Positions 9,459 through 17,965 are shown, counted from the first letter of the stretch. The stretch is DNA of 42,080 bases from Solirubrobacterales bacterium (GCA_038200525.1 JBBPXW010000010.1:1-42080); one strand, 5' to 3'. Notes: generated from the sequence alone by a model not told the origin. Numbers and translations: made by a program.

Positions 9459-10111
9459 GCCCCTTGGCGCTTGGGCGGAGCAAGCGCGGGCTGCGGGCGG
9501 GTCGCCCGACCATCGCGCTTGCGGTGGTGGCGGCCGCGACCACGGGGGCGGTCACCGCTGTCGAGTTCAGTCGCGTCTGGCGCCGTGGGAGCGCGCCGCT
9601 GCCGGCGGAGGCCGCCGATCCGCTGCGTGCGGCTGCCGAGGCCGCAGCCGAGACGGCCGAGGTCGCGCGGGAGGGCTACCGGGGCGGCTCGAATCGCGAG
9701 AACGCGCTCTTCAACCTGCTCGGCTCGTTCGTGCTCACGTTCGTGGTCGCCCGCTCGATCGCATGGACGCTACGGGCCCGCCGCAGCTTCGGGCCGTTTC
9801 GAAACGTTCGCGTGGGGCACCGCCACATCCACCACTTCGTGCCGGGCATCGTCCTGGCCTTCGCCTCCGGGGGCGTCGCCATCGTGAGCCGCAGCGAGCA
9901 CCTCGAGCCATGGCTGGCGGTCCCGTTCGGCGCCGGTGTCGGCTTGACGCTCGACGAGTCCGCGCTCCTGCTCGAGCTGGACGACGTCTACTGGTCGGAA
10001 GAAGGCATCCTCAGCGTGCAGATCACGCTCGCGGTGGCGGCGCTGCTCGCCACCACCGCGCTGGCGGCGCGCTTCCTGCGCCGTGGCGAGCAGGCCGTGC
10101 TCGCCGCCTGA
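9449..10111 (+). CDS. hypothetical integral membrane protein (His-rich motif GHRHIHHFVPG)
   Basis: About 4-5 hydrophobic segments. GTG start overlaps the acetyltransferase stop by 10 nt, so it is probably the last gene of the sugar operon. No family recognised. Confidence 0.55.
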   Translation: MALGPLALGRSKRGLRAGRPTIALAVVAAATTGAVTAVEFSRVWRRGSAPLPAEAADPLRAAAEAAAETAEVAREGYRGGSNRENALFNLLGSFVLTFVVARSIAWTLRARRSFGPFRNVRVGHRHIHHFVPGIVLAFASGGVAIVSRSEHLEPWLAVPFGAGVGLTLDESALLLELDDVYWSEEGILSVQITLAVAALLATTALAARFLRRGEQAVLAA

Positions 10112-10191
10112 CCCCGAGCGCCCCAGGGTGGGACGCTTGGCCCTTGTGGCGATCGTCTCTGCGGGAAGGAGTCGAGCTGGTGTGCCCGGTA

Positions 10192-10197
10192 TAGAGT
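10192..10197 (+). promoter_or_regulatory. possible -10 element TAGAGT placed for a leaderless RDD-gene transcript
   Basis: TANNNT hexamer ends 6 nt before ATG 10204. No SD in between. Confidence 0.25.
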
Positions 10198-10203
10198 CGC
10201 GGC

Positions 10204-11088
10204 ATGGAATCCGGATCCGGACCACAGAGCCCACGCGAACCCTTCGGCCCCGGCTCGCCGGGGCACGGTGGCCCGGGCGGTGCGCAAGGCGAGGACAAGG
10301 GGCCACAGAGCCCCGCCGAGGCAACGCCGCCGCCCGGCCCCCAGGCGCCCCAGCCGCCGGACCCCGACCCGCCCGACCCCGATCAGCCCGACCCCGATCA
10401 GCCCGAGTCACCCGTGCCTGGAAGGCCCGTACCTGGACCCCAGGCGCCCCAGCCGGCCGAGGGCCAGCTATGGGCTCCGCCCGCGGGAGCCAGCGCCCCG
10501 GCAGCGAGCTCGTCGGCCGGCCCGCAATCGCCTCCACCGCCACCCGGCAGCCCACAGTCGCTGACCTACGGGGGTCCCGCGCCGCCCGGAGGCTGGCAGC
10601 AGCCGGTGAGCCAGACGCAGTTCCAGGCGGCGCCGGGGCAACTCGCCGGCTGGGGCTCGCGTTTCGGCGCTGCCGTGCTCGACGGTCTGATCATCTTCGT
10701 GCCGCTGATCGTGATTGCAATCGTGATCGCGATCTTGGCGGCCGCGAGTGGCACGGCGGCGGTGGTCGTCGGCATCCTGCTCGGCCTCGCCTGGATCGTC
10801 GGCGCGTTTGGCTACGCCCCCTTTCTCATGGCGCGCGAGGGCGAGCACAACGGTCAGACCTACGGCAAGCAGGTCGTCGACATCAGGGCGATTCGCGACA
10901 ACGGTCAGCCGTGGGACTTCGGATCGGCGGCACTGCGCGAGATCGTGCTCAAGGGGCTTGCCGTGGGCATCGCCTCCTCGATCATCCCGCTGATCCCGTT
11001 CCTCCTGAATTACCTATGGCCGCTGTGGGACGACTCGGACCGTGCTCTGCACGACATGGTGGTAAAGAGTCACGTGACGCGAGCCTGA
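10204..11088 (+). CDS. RDD-family membrane protein with a roughly 140-aa Pro-rich N-terminal region
   Basis: GWGSRFGAAVLDGLIIFVPL..., TM segments and a C-terminal LWDDSDRALHDMVVKSHV are typical of RDD domains. N-terminus is P/Q/D/G low complexity. Confidence 0.8.
   Translation: MESGSGPQSPREPFGPGSPGHGGPGGAQGEDKGPQSPAEATPPPGPQAPQPPDPDPPDPDQPDPDQPESPVPGRPVPGPQAPQPAEGQLWAPPAGASAPAASSSAGPQSPPPPPGSPQSLTYGGPAPPGGWQQPVSQTQFQAAPGQLAGWGSRFGAAVLDGLIIFVPLIVIAIVIAILAAASGTAAVVVGILLGLAWIVGAFGYAPFLMAREGEHNGQTYGKQVVDIRAIRDNGQPWDFGSAALREIVLKGLAVGIASSIIPLIPFLLNYLWPLWDDSDRALHDMVVKSHVTRA
10357..10401 (+). repeat. in-frame 15-nt tandem repeat (about 3 copies, two perfect: CCCGACCCCGATCAG) encoding PDPDQ units
   Basis: Perfect copies at 10372-10386 and 10387-10401. 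A degenerate copy lies at 10357-10371. Confidence 0.8.
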
Positions 11089-11096
11089 GCGAGCGC

Positions 11097-12458
<1,362 letters not shown>

Positions 12459-13358
12459 TCACGAGGGGGCCGTGGCCATCCGCAGATCGGGTCCCATGAC
12501 GGGAATCGGGTCGCCGCAGACCTCAGCGAGGCGAGACACGGTTCGAGCGCCGAGCTGCTCCCGCAAGCCTTCGAACGGGTCCTGGCCTGGGGGCGCGAGC
12601 TCGTGCTTGCGCAGCTCTGCGGCCACTGCCTCCAGCCGTCGGAGAATGGGGTCCGCGGCCGCGTCTGCAGTGCGCCCCACATCGGCGAGCCGCTCGATCT
12701 GCCTCTGAAGCTCCGGGAGCGGCTTGAACTCGGGAGGGCGGGGGATGTTGTGCGTGACGATGATCGGCGACCGATCCTGCCACCGCTCATTGATCAGGGC
12801 ATAGAGCTGTTCGGTCACCCACTCCGTCTGTCGCTGTGCTCCGAGGTCGTCGAGCACCAGAAGATCGACCCCGCTGAGCCGCTTGAACAGTCCCAGGAAG
12901 GTGTGATCGGAGTCTTGGTCGTAGCTCGAGCGGATGTCGGCGAGCAGGCGCGGCACCGAGTAGACGGCCACCGACAGTCCGCGCTTGTGGGCGGCATCGG
13001 CAACCAGCATCGCCAGAGACGTCTTGCCTGTCCCGACATCCCCGAAGAACCACAAGCCCCGTCCGGACTCGATCTTGGCTTCCAGCTGCTCGATATAGGC
13101 GCGGACATAGCGCAGCACGAACGGGTCGAGGGCCACGATCGGCTCTCGGTCGAACGACACCCCCACGAACCGCTTGGGAATCCCCGAGCCCATCCCCCTG
13201 CTCTGAGCCCGGCCGATCATCCGCTCGCGACAGGCGCACGGCTCTGCGCTGTCATCTTCGCGCAGGATCCAGCCGCTGCCGTCACAGACTCCGAGCAGGC
13301 ACGCATGCGTGGTGTCGTCGGACTCGTCGGGCCCCGAGCCCTGTACAGAGCGCAGCAC
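12459..13358 (-). CDS. DnaC/DnaI/IstB-clade AAA+ ATPase (putative replicative helicase loader)
   Basis: GTG 13358 is 2 nt after the dnaB TGA. N-terminal Cys cluster CLLGVCDGSG...EPCAC. Walker A GDVGTGKTS, Walker B LLVLDDLG, sensor IIVTHN. C-terminal LGARTVSRLAEVCG...GPDLR. The track ORF's upstream 185 aa is the off-frame overlap with dnaB. Confidence 0.75.
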   Translation of the reverse strand: MLRSVQGSGPDESDDTTHACLLGVCDGSGWILREDDSAEPCACRERMIGRAQSRGMGSGIPKRFVGVSFDREPIVALDPFVLRYVRAYIEQLEAKIESGRGLWFFGDVGTGKTSLAMLVADAAHKRGLSVAVYSVPRLLADIRSSYDQDSDHTFLGLFKRLSGVDLLVLDDLGAQRQTEWVTEQLYALINERWQDRSPIIVTHNIPRPPEFKPLPELQRQIERLADVGRTADAAADPILRRLEAVAAELRKHELAPPGQDPFEGLREQLGARTVSRLAEVCGDPIPVMGPDLRMATAPS

Positions 13359-13360
13359 CG

Positions 13361-14752
13361 TCAGCCCCCGTACGCCGCAGCGGCGTGGCCGGCGCCTTCG
13401 CCCGCGATGCTCGCGAACTTGGGGTAGCGGCTGAGAAAGGTCAGCTCGATCGACCCCACCGGACCATTTCGGTGCTTGCCGATGATCACCTCGGCCACCC
13501 CCGGCTTCTCGGTGGTCTCCGGGTTGTAGTACTCGTCGCGGTAGACGAACATCACGAGGTCGGCGTCCTGCTCGATGTTGCCGGACTCGCGCAGGTCGGC
13601 CATCATCGGCCGCTTGTCGGGCCGCGACTCGACCGCGCGCGAGAGCTGGGAGATGGCGATCACGGGGATCTTGAGCTCGCGCGCCAGGATCTTCAGCCCA
13701 CGCGAGATCTTGCCGACCTGCTCGACGCGGCCATCGCGGGGATCCTCGGGACGCATGAGCTGCAGGTAGTCGATGATCAACAGCCCGAGCGGGTGGCGCT
13801 GGTGAAGGCGACGGGCCTTCGCCCGCAGCTCGAGCACCCCGAGGTCGCTCGAGTCGTCGATGAACAGGGGCGACTGGGTCAGCCTCTCGGTCGCCTTCAG
13901 CACCTTGGGCCACTGTTCCGGCTTCACGCGCCCCTTTCGCAGTGACTCGCCGTTGAGCTTGGCCCGCGACGCTATGAAGCGCTGGGCGAGCTCTCCCTCG
14001 GACATCTCCAGCGAGAACAGGGCCACCGCCTTGCCGTGGTCGACCGCGGCGTTCTCGGCGATGTTGGTCGCGAGCGCCGACTTGCCCATGGCCGGACGGG
14101 CGGCGAGCACGATCAGGTTGCCCGGCTGAAACCCACCCGTGATGTCGTCCAGGTCGGGGTAGCCCGATGGCGTGCCCGTGAGCGACTGGCCCTCCTTGGA
14201 GAGTCGCTCGAGCTTGTCGAGCTCTTCGTGGAGCACATCCTCGATCGACCGGAGCTGACTCGAGTCCTCGTTGTGCCCAGCCCGAAAGATCGACTGCTCG
14301 GCCTGTTCCACGAGCGCTCGCGGATCGCCGCCGTCGGTCATCACCTTCTGCTGGATCTCGTGCGCGGATGCCAGCAGCGCCCGCAGGATCGCATGGTCGC
14401 GAACGATCTTGGCGTAGTCGCGGACGGCGTGAACCGACGGCACGAGCGTGGGGAGCGCGTGCACGTAGGCCTGCCCGCCCGCCTCCTCGAGCTTGTTCTC
14501 GCGAGCGAGGTCGTCACACACCGTGATCGCGTCGATGGCCTCCGGCTGCGCCTTCTGCTTGAGCCGGATCATCGTCCGATAGATCAGTTGGTGCCGCGGC
14601 CGGTAGAAGTCGTCGGCCGACAGCTGCAGCTCCACCATGATCTGATCGAGCGCCTGCTCGTTCAGCAGCACGGTGCCGAGCACGGCAACCTCGGCCTCCT
14701 CGTTCTGGGGAGGAACACCACCCATCGCGGAGTCTGGAACCGCGACGGCCAT
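13361..14752 (-). CDS. dnaB: replicative DNA helicase DnaB
   Basis: N-terminal PPQNEEAEVAVLG. Walker A ARPAMGKSALA, Walker B LLIIDYLQLM. Also SRGLKILARELKIPVIAISQLSR and IGKHRNGP. No intein. Confidence 0.95.
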   Translation of the reverse strand: MAVAVPDSAMGGVPPQNEEAEVAVLGTVLLNEQALDQIMVELQLSADDFYRPRHQLIYRTMIRLKQKAQPEAIDAITVCDDLARENKLEEAGGQAYVHALPTLVPSVHAVRDYAKIVRDHAILRALLASAHEIQQKVMTDGGDPRALVEQAEQSIFRAGHNEDSSQLRSIEDVLHEELDKLERLSKEGQSLTGTPSGYPDLDDITGGFQPGNLIVLAARPAMGKSALATNIAENAAVDHGKAVALFSLEMSEGELAQRFIASRAKLNGESLRKGRVKPEQWPKVLKATERLTQSPLFIDDSSDLGVLELRAKARRLHQRHPLGLLIIDYLQLMRPEDPRDGRVEQVGKISRGLKILARELKIPVIAISQLSRAVESRPDKRPMMADLRESGNIEQDADLVMFVYRDEYYNPETTEKPGVAEVIIGKHRNGPVGSIELTFLSRYPKFASIAGEGAGHAAAAYGG

Positions 14753-14830
14753 CAGATGCGAGCCGGGTGGTAGACGCCTGGAGAAGGATCACGGCCGTAG
14801 AGGCCCGTCCAGCAAGGACGCAGGCCGCGA

Positions 14831-14848
14831 CGCGTGCGAACGCACGCG
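14831..14848 (-). terminator. hairpin CGCGTGCGAACGCACGCG between rplI and dnaB (terminator/attenuator candidate)
   Basis: 18-nt palindrome (7-bp stem, 4-nt loop) about 30 nt downstream of the rplI stop. No U tract. Confidence 0.4.
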
Positions 14849-14876
14849 AGTGGCCGAGGACGCAGCTGGGCGTTGC

Positions 14877-15326
14877 CTATTCGGCCGTGATTATGGTCTT
14901 GATCTCGGCGGTGACGGAGTCCGACACCTCGACCGAGACCATGTGCGTGCCGGTGGTGCGGATGGGCTCGGTGAGGTGCACGCGGCGCCTGTCGAGCTTC
15001 ACGCCGCGGGCCTGCTGTACCGCATCGACGATCTCCTGGGCCGTGACCGAGCCGAACAGCCGGCCGTCGTCGCCGGCTTGGTGCGAGATCGTGAGCACGG
15101 TCTTTCGCAGCAGCGAGGCGCTCTCCTCCGCTTTCTCCACCTGAGTGGCAGCCGCGCGATTGGCTGCCTCGGTGCGCGCCGTGGCTGCCGCGATGGAGGC
15201 AGCCGTGGCGGGCTGAGCGAGCTTGCGCGGCACCAGGAAGTTGCGCAGGTAGCCCGGTGCGACTTCGACTATCTCGCCGGAGTCGCCGAGCTGCTCTACC
15301 TGCTGGAGGAGGATTGCCTGAGCCAT
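14877..15326 (-). CDS. rplI: 50S ribosomal protein L9
   Basis: MAQAILLQQVEQLGDSGEIVEVAPGYLRNFLVPRKLA N-terminus and a C-terminal globular domain. Confidence 0.95.
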   Translation of the reverse strand: MAQAILLQQVEQLGDSGEIVEVAPGYLRNFLVPRKLAQPATAASIAAATARTEAANRAAATQVEKAEESASLLRKTVLTISHQAGDDGRLFGSVTAQEIVDAVQQARGVKLDRRRVHLTEPIRTTGTHMVSVEVSDSVTAEIKTIITAE

Positions 15327-15391
15327 AAGTCGGTTCTCCGAGCGGTGGCCGCAGCCGCACCGCCTGGAGCGTCGACAATGCTAGCGGTTCG

Positions 15392-15413
15392 CCGCGGCCG
15401 GCCGCCCGCGGCG
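15392..15413 (-). terminator. GC-rich palindromic hairpin cluster in the ssb-rplI spacer
   Basis: GCCGCGG-N8-CCGCGGC, containing the 12-nt palindrome GCGGCCGGCCGC. A second weaker hairpin (GCGGTG-N10-CACCGC) lies at 15343-15364. Confidence 0.35.
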
Positions 15414-15445
15414 TGGTGTCGCAGTGACCGGGCACGTCTGGTGGG

Positions 15446-15928
15446 TCAGAACGGGATGTCGTCGTCTGCGTTGCCGCCGCCGCCACCGGCGGGCGCGGAG
15501 CTAAAGTCCGAGGCGTCGGCGGGCACGTCGCTCTGGGGGGTGAAGCGCGAACCGTTTCCGCCTCCGTTTCCGCCCCCGCCGTCGCCATCACGTGAGCCGA
15601 GGAACTGGACGCGATCGGCGACGATGTCGACCGACTGGCGCTTGTTGCCGCTCTTGTCCTCCCACTCGCGCCAGTCCAGGCGCCCGTCGATGGCCACGGG
15701 GCGGCCCTTCGAGAGGTACTGGGCGGCTGTCTCGCCCTGCCGACCCCAGACCTTGACGTCGAAGTAGTTGGGCTTGTCCACCCAGTTGCCCGACTCGTCC
15801 TTGCGGCTGCTGTTGACGGCCACCCGCAGCTCGCACACCTGGGTGCCGCTGTTGGGCAGCGTCCGCAGATCGGGGTCGCGTGTGAGGTTGCCCGTGAGGA
15901 TGACTCGGTTGATGTTGGTCGCTGCCAT
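15446..15928 (-). CDS. ssb: single-stranded DNA-binding protein
   Basis: OB-fold N-terminus NRVILTGNLTRDPDLR. Gly/Asn-rich linker. Acidic tip DDDIPF. AAGGAG lies 7 nt upstream of the ATG. Confidence 0.95.
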   Translation of the reverse strand: MAATNINRVILTGNLTRDPDLRTLPNSGTQVCELRVAVNSSRKDESGNWVDKPNYFDVKVWGRQGETAAQYLSKGRPVAIDGRLDWREWEDKSGNKRQSVDIVADRVQFLGSRDGDGGGGNGGGNGSRFTPQSDVPADASDFSSAPAGGGGGNADDDIPF

Positions 15929-16081
15929 GAGGTGCTCCTTGTCCGAAGATCGAGAAGGCGGAGGGACTTGGACGATCGAGACTAAAGAGGCGGTCGGCGT
16001 CCATGGGCGGACCGACCCGCGTTGATGCTGCTCTTTCCGAGAGTTGTCGCGCGGCCATGCGCAATGTGCGCCGTCTGTGAC

Positions 16082-16930
16082 TCAAGCGGGGCGCACGGCG
16101 ATCACGCACGCCCAGTGGCGCGGGTCCACCCGCGTCTCGTAGCCGAGCGCGCGAAGGTCTGCCTCGCACGCCTCGACTGTGTAGGGCTCGTGGACCTCCA
16201 CTGCGAGCGTGCGGACGCGACTTGTCCACCCTGTGTTCACGCGAAGCAGCTCGGCCTCTGCGCCCTCGACGTCGATCTTGGCGTAGTCGACCTGGGCGCC
16301 CGGCCCCTCCAGGGCGAGCAGCGAGAACGGGGAGAGCGCATCGATCTCCGCCACTGCCGGATCCTCACCGAGCGGCGCGTCGGTGACGTGGTGCCCGGCC
16401 GTTGCACCGGCGAGGCGCACGTAGCGCAGCTGTCCGTCGCGGGGCCACGCGGCGGCTTCGATCAGCTCGCAGCGGTCGCTCCACGCCGCGAGGTTCTGGC
16501 GCGCGAGCTCGGCGTTCTCCGGGTCCATCTCGAGACCCACGATGCGTGCTTTGGGGTGGCGGCAGGCGAGGTCGGCCATGGTCAGGCCGATGTTGGCACC
16601 GAGATCCCAGATCAGGCGCGGATCGGATCCTTCGGCCTCAGCCGGCGGCCGGTGGTAGCGCCCGGCGAAGGTTCCCCAGATGGTGTCGACGTCCGACGTG
16701 CTGGGTCGGATGAGCAGCGCGCGGCCCTCGAGCGGCTTGAGCCGAACCCGTACGACTCGACCTTCGGACCCCGTGTGGTGGCCGATGCGGCTGAGCCGCA
16801 GGTAGGTGAGGAAGCTGCGGGGACCTTGAGTGACCTGCGTGGCCACATAGGCGAGGCGAGCGACGGTCTGCAGTGGCCCCGGGAGCGTGGCCGCGATCCT
16901 GCCGAGACGGTCCCGGCGAGGGCCGGGCAT
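16082..16930 (-). CDS. FkbM-family SAM-dependent methyltransferase
   Basis: ATG 16930 is 2 nt after the rpsF TAG. Has the WDLGANIGLT SAM-binding motif and KIDVEGAEAELL, typical of FkbM. Only the last 282 codons of track ORF 16082..17923 are credible. Confidence 0.8.
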   Translation of the reverse strand: MPGPRRDRLGRIAATLPGPLQTVARLAYVATQVTQGPRSFLTYLRLSRIGHHTGSEGRVVRVRLKPLEGRALLIRPSTSDVDTIWGTFAGRYHRPPAEAEGSDPRLIWDLGANIGLTMADLACRHPKARIVGLEMDPENAELARQNLAAWSDRCELIEAAAWPRDGQLRYVRLAGATAGHHVTDAPLGEDPAVAEIDALSPFSLLALEGPGAQVDYAKIDVEGAEAELLRVNTGWTSRVRTLAVEVHEPYTVEACEADLRALGYETRVDPRHWACVIAVRPA

Positions 16931-16932
16931 GC

Positions 16933-17361
16933 CTATTCGGCGAGTGCCGGCTCGCTCTCGGCGGGCTGGTCCGGCGGAGCGTCGGCGGCGGCCCGGGCGG
17001 CCACACGTCCGGCTCCTGCCTCTTCCTCTCGCTGCGGCCGCGGCTGCTCCGGGCTGGGCGGAACGGGAGGCCCGCCAGGGATCTGGCGGATGATGCGATA
17101 GCGCAGGACGCCGTCTGAGATCCGCAGGTTGTGATTCAGCTTGTCGAGCAGGTCGTTGTCGCCCGTGAACTGGAACAGGTGGTAGGCGGCCTCGGCGCGA
17201 TGGTCGATCTCGTAGGAGATGCGACGCTGGCCCCAGTCGTGGACGCTCTCGATCGTGCCGCCGGAGTCCATCATCGACTGAACCTCGCTCAAGATCGCCT
17301 GGCGACGCTCCTCGGGGGCGTTGGAGTCGATGAGCAGCATGAGGTCGTAGAGATGGGGCAT
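16933..17361 (-). CDS. rpsF: 30S ribosomal protein S6 with a roughly 49-aa Pro/Glu/Ala-rich C-terminal extension
   Basis: Start at ATG 17361 (MPHLYDLMLLIDSN...). Has WGQRRISYEI and AYHLFQF. Low-complexity tail ends ...ESEPALAE. Confidence 0.9.
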   Translation of the reverse strand: MPHLYDLMLLIDSNAPEERRQAILSEVQSMMDSGGTIESVHDWGQRRISYEIDHRAEAAYHLFQFTGDNDLLDKLNHNLRISDGVLRYRIIRQIPGGPPVPPSPEQPRPQREEEAGAGRVAARAAADAPPDQPAESEPALAE

Positions 17362-17432
17362 GAGCCGCCTGACGATAGCAATGGGCCCGCCGCCGGAGGG
17401 GCGAGAACGGCTCGTTCCCGCCTTGTGTCGGT

Positions 17433-17930
17433 ATGGCGGCGCGACGACCTTCGAGCTCACCCGGCCTGCTCCACAGGGTGCGGTGGGCAAACGTCGCCCG
17501 GCTCGCGACGGTGCTGGCCATCTCGGGTGCCGCGGCTTTCACGCTTCTGCAGGGTGGTGACGATCCCGCCGAGCCCCCGGGGCCGACGGCGGTGCGGGAT
17601 CCGGCGCCGAGGCTGCCGGCGATCCCGCCGCCCGCGCCCGCACGTCGCGCGCGATCGGCGCGGTCCTCGGCGCGGGAGCGCCCCGGACGGCAGCGGGCGC
17701 CCGGGCGGTCGCGACGGACCGCCCGGCTCAAGCCGAAGCCGACCCACTCGGCGAGGCATCGCGTGCCCCAACCGACGGCCAGGTCTCCTGCCGCGCCGGT
17801 GACCCGCCCCGTCATCCCCAGAGCGCCACCACGACCGCCGACCCGTTGTCCGCGGCCGGTCGCCGAGCCGCGCCCGACTCCGCCCACCCAGCCGGGCGAG
17901 TTCGGCCCCGAGCCGGAGCCCACCGGGTAA
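17433..17930 (+). CDS. hypothetical, extremely basic Pro/Arg-rich protein with one N-terminal hydrophobic segment
   Basis: Hand-counted third-position GC is about 85-88% in this frame and not in the antisense frame. ARLATVLAISGAAAFTLL segment. GTG 17478 is an alternative start. Confidence 0.4.
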   Translation: MAARRPSSSPGLLHRVRWANVARLATVLAISGAAAFTLLQGGDDPAEPPGPTAVRDPAPRLPAIPPPAPARRARSARSSARERPGRQRAPGRSRRTARLKPKPTHSARHRVPQPTARSPAAPVTRPVIPRAPPRPPTRCPRPVAEPRPTPPTQPGEFGPEPEPTG

Positions 17931-17940
17931 CGGTGCCCGG

Positions 17941-17965
17941 CCTCCCGGGGATCAGCCCCGGGAGG
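17941..17965. terminator. bidirectional hairpin CCTCCCGGGG-ATCAG-CCCCGGGAGG between convergent genes
   Basis: Perfect 10-bp stem. Includes the last codons and stop of otsA. 11 nt after the TAA of the Pro/Arg-rich ORF. Confidence 0.5.

Noticed and set aside
4330-10111. Genomic island integrated at tRNA-Lys (and likewise at tRNA-Arg 36356-36429)
   Set aside because: I found no integrase, no recombinase and no duplicated tRNA 3'-end repeat. Codon usage of the neighbouring genes looks native. I could not do an exhaustive repeat search by eye.
10357-10401. Short direct repeats as a CRISPR or mobile-element signature
   Set aside because: The repeats are contiguous, in frame, only 15 nt long and lie inside a coding low-complexity region. 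No spacers and no cas genes.
13359-13913. Upstream 185 codons of ORF 12459..13913
   Set aside because: It is an alternative frame of the dnaB 3' region, and dnaB motifs occupy the real frame. AAA+ homology begins after GTG 13358.
15327-15445. A hidden rpsR (S18) gene between ssb and rplI
   Set aside because: The spacer is 119 nt, too short for an S18 of about 75-90 aa. No frame shows the S18 signature. The same holds for the 153-nt spacer at 15929-16081.
16931-17923. N-terminal 331 aa of the 613-aa ORF 16082..17923
   Set aside because: This part overlaps rpsF off-frame and is antisense to the Pro/Arg-rich ORF, with an Arg/Gly/Pro junk composition. The FkbM homology starts at ATG 16930.
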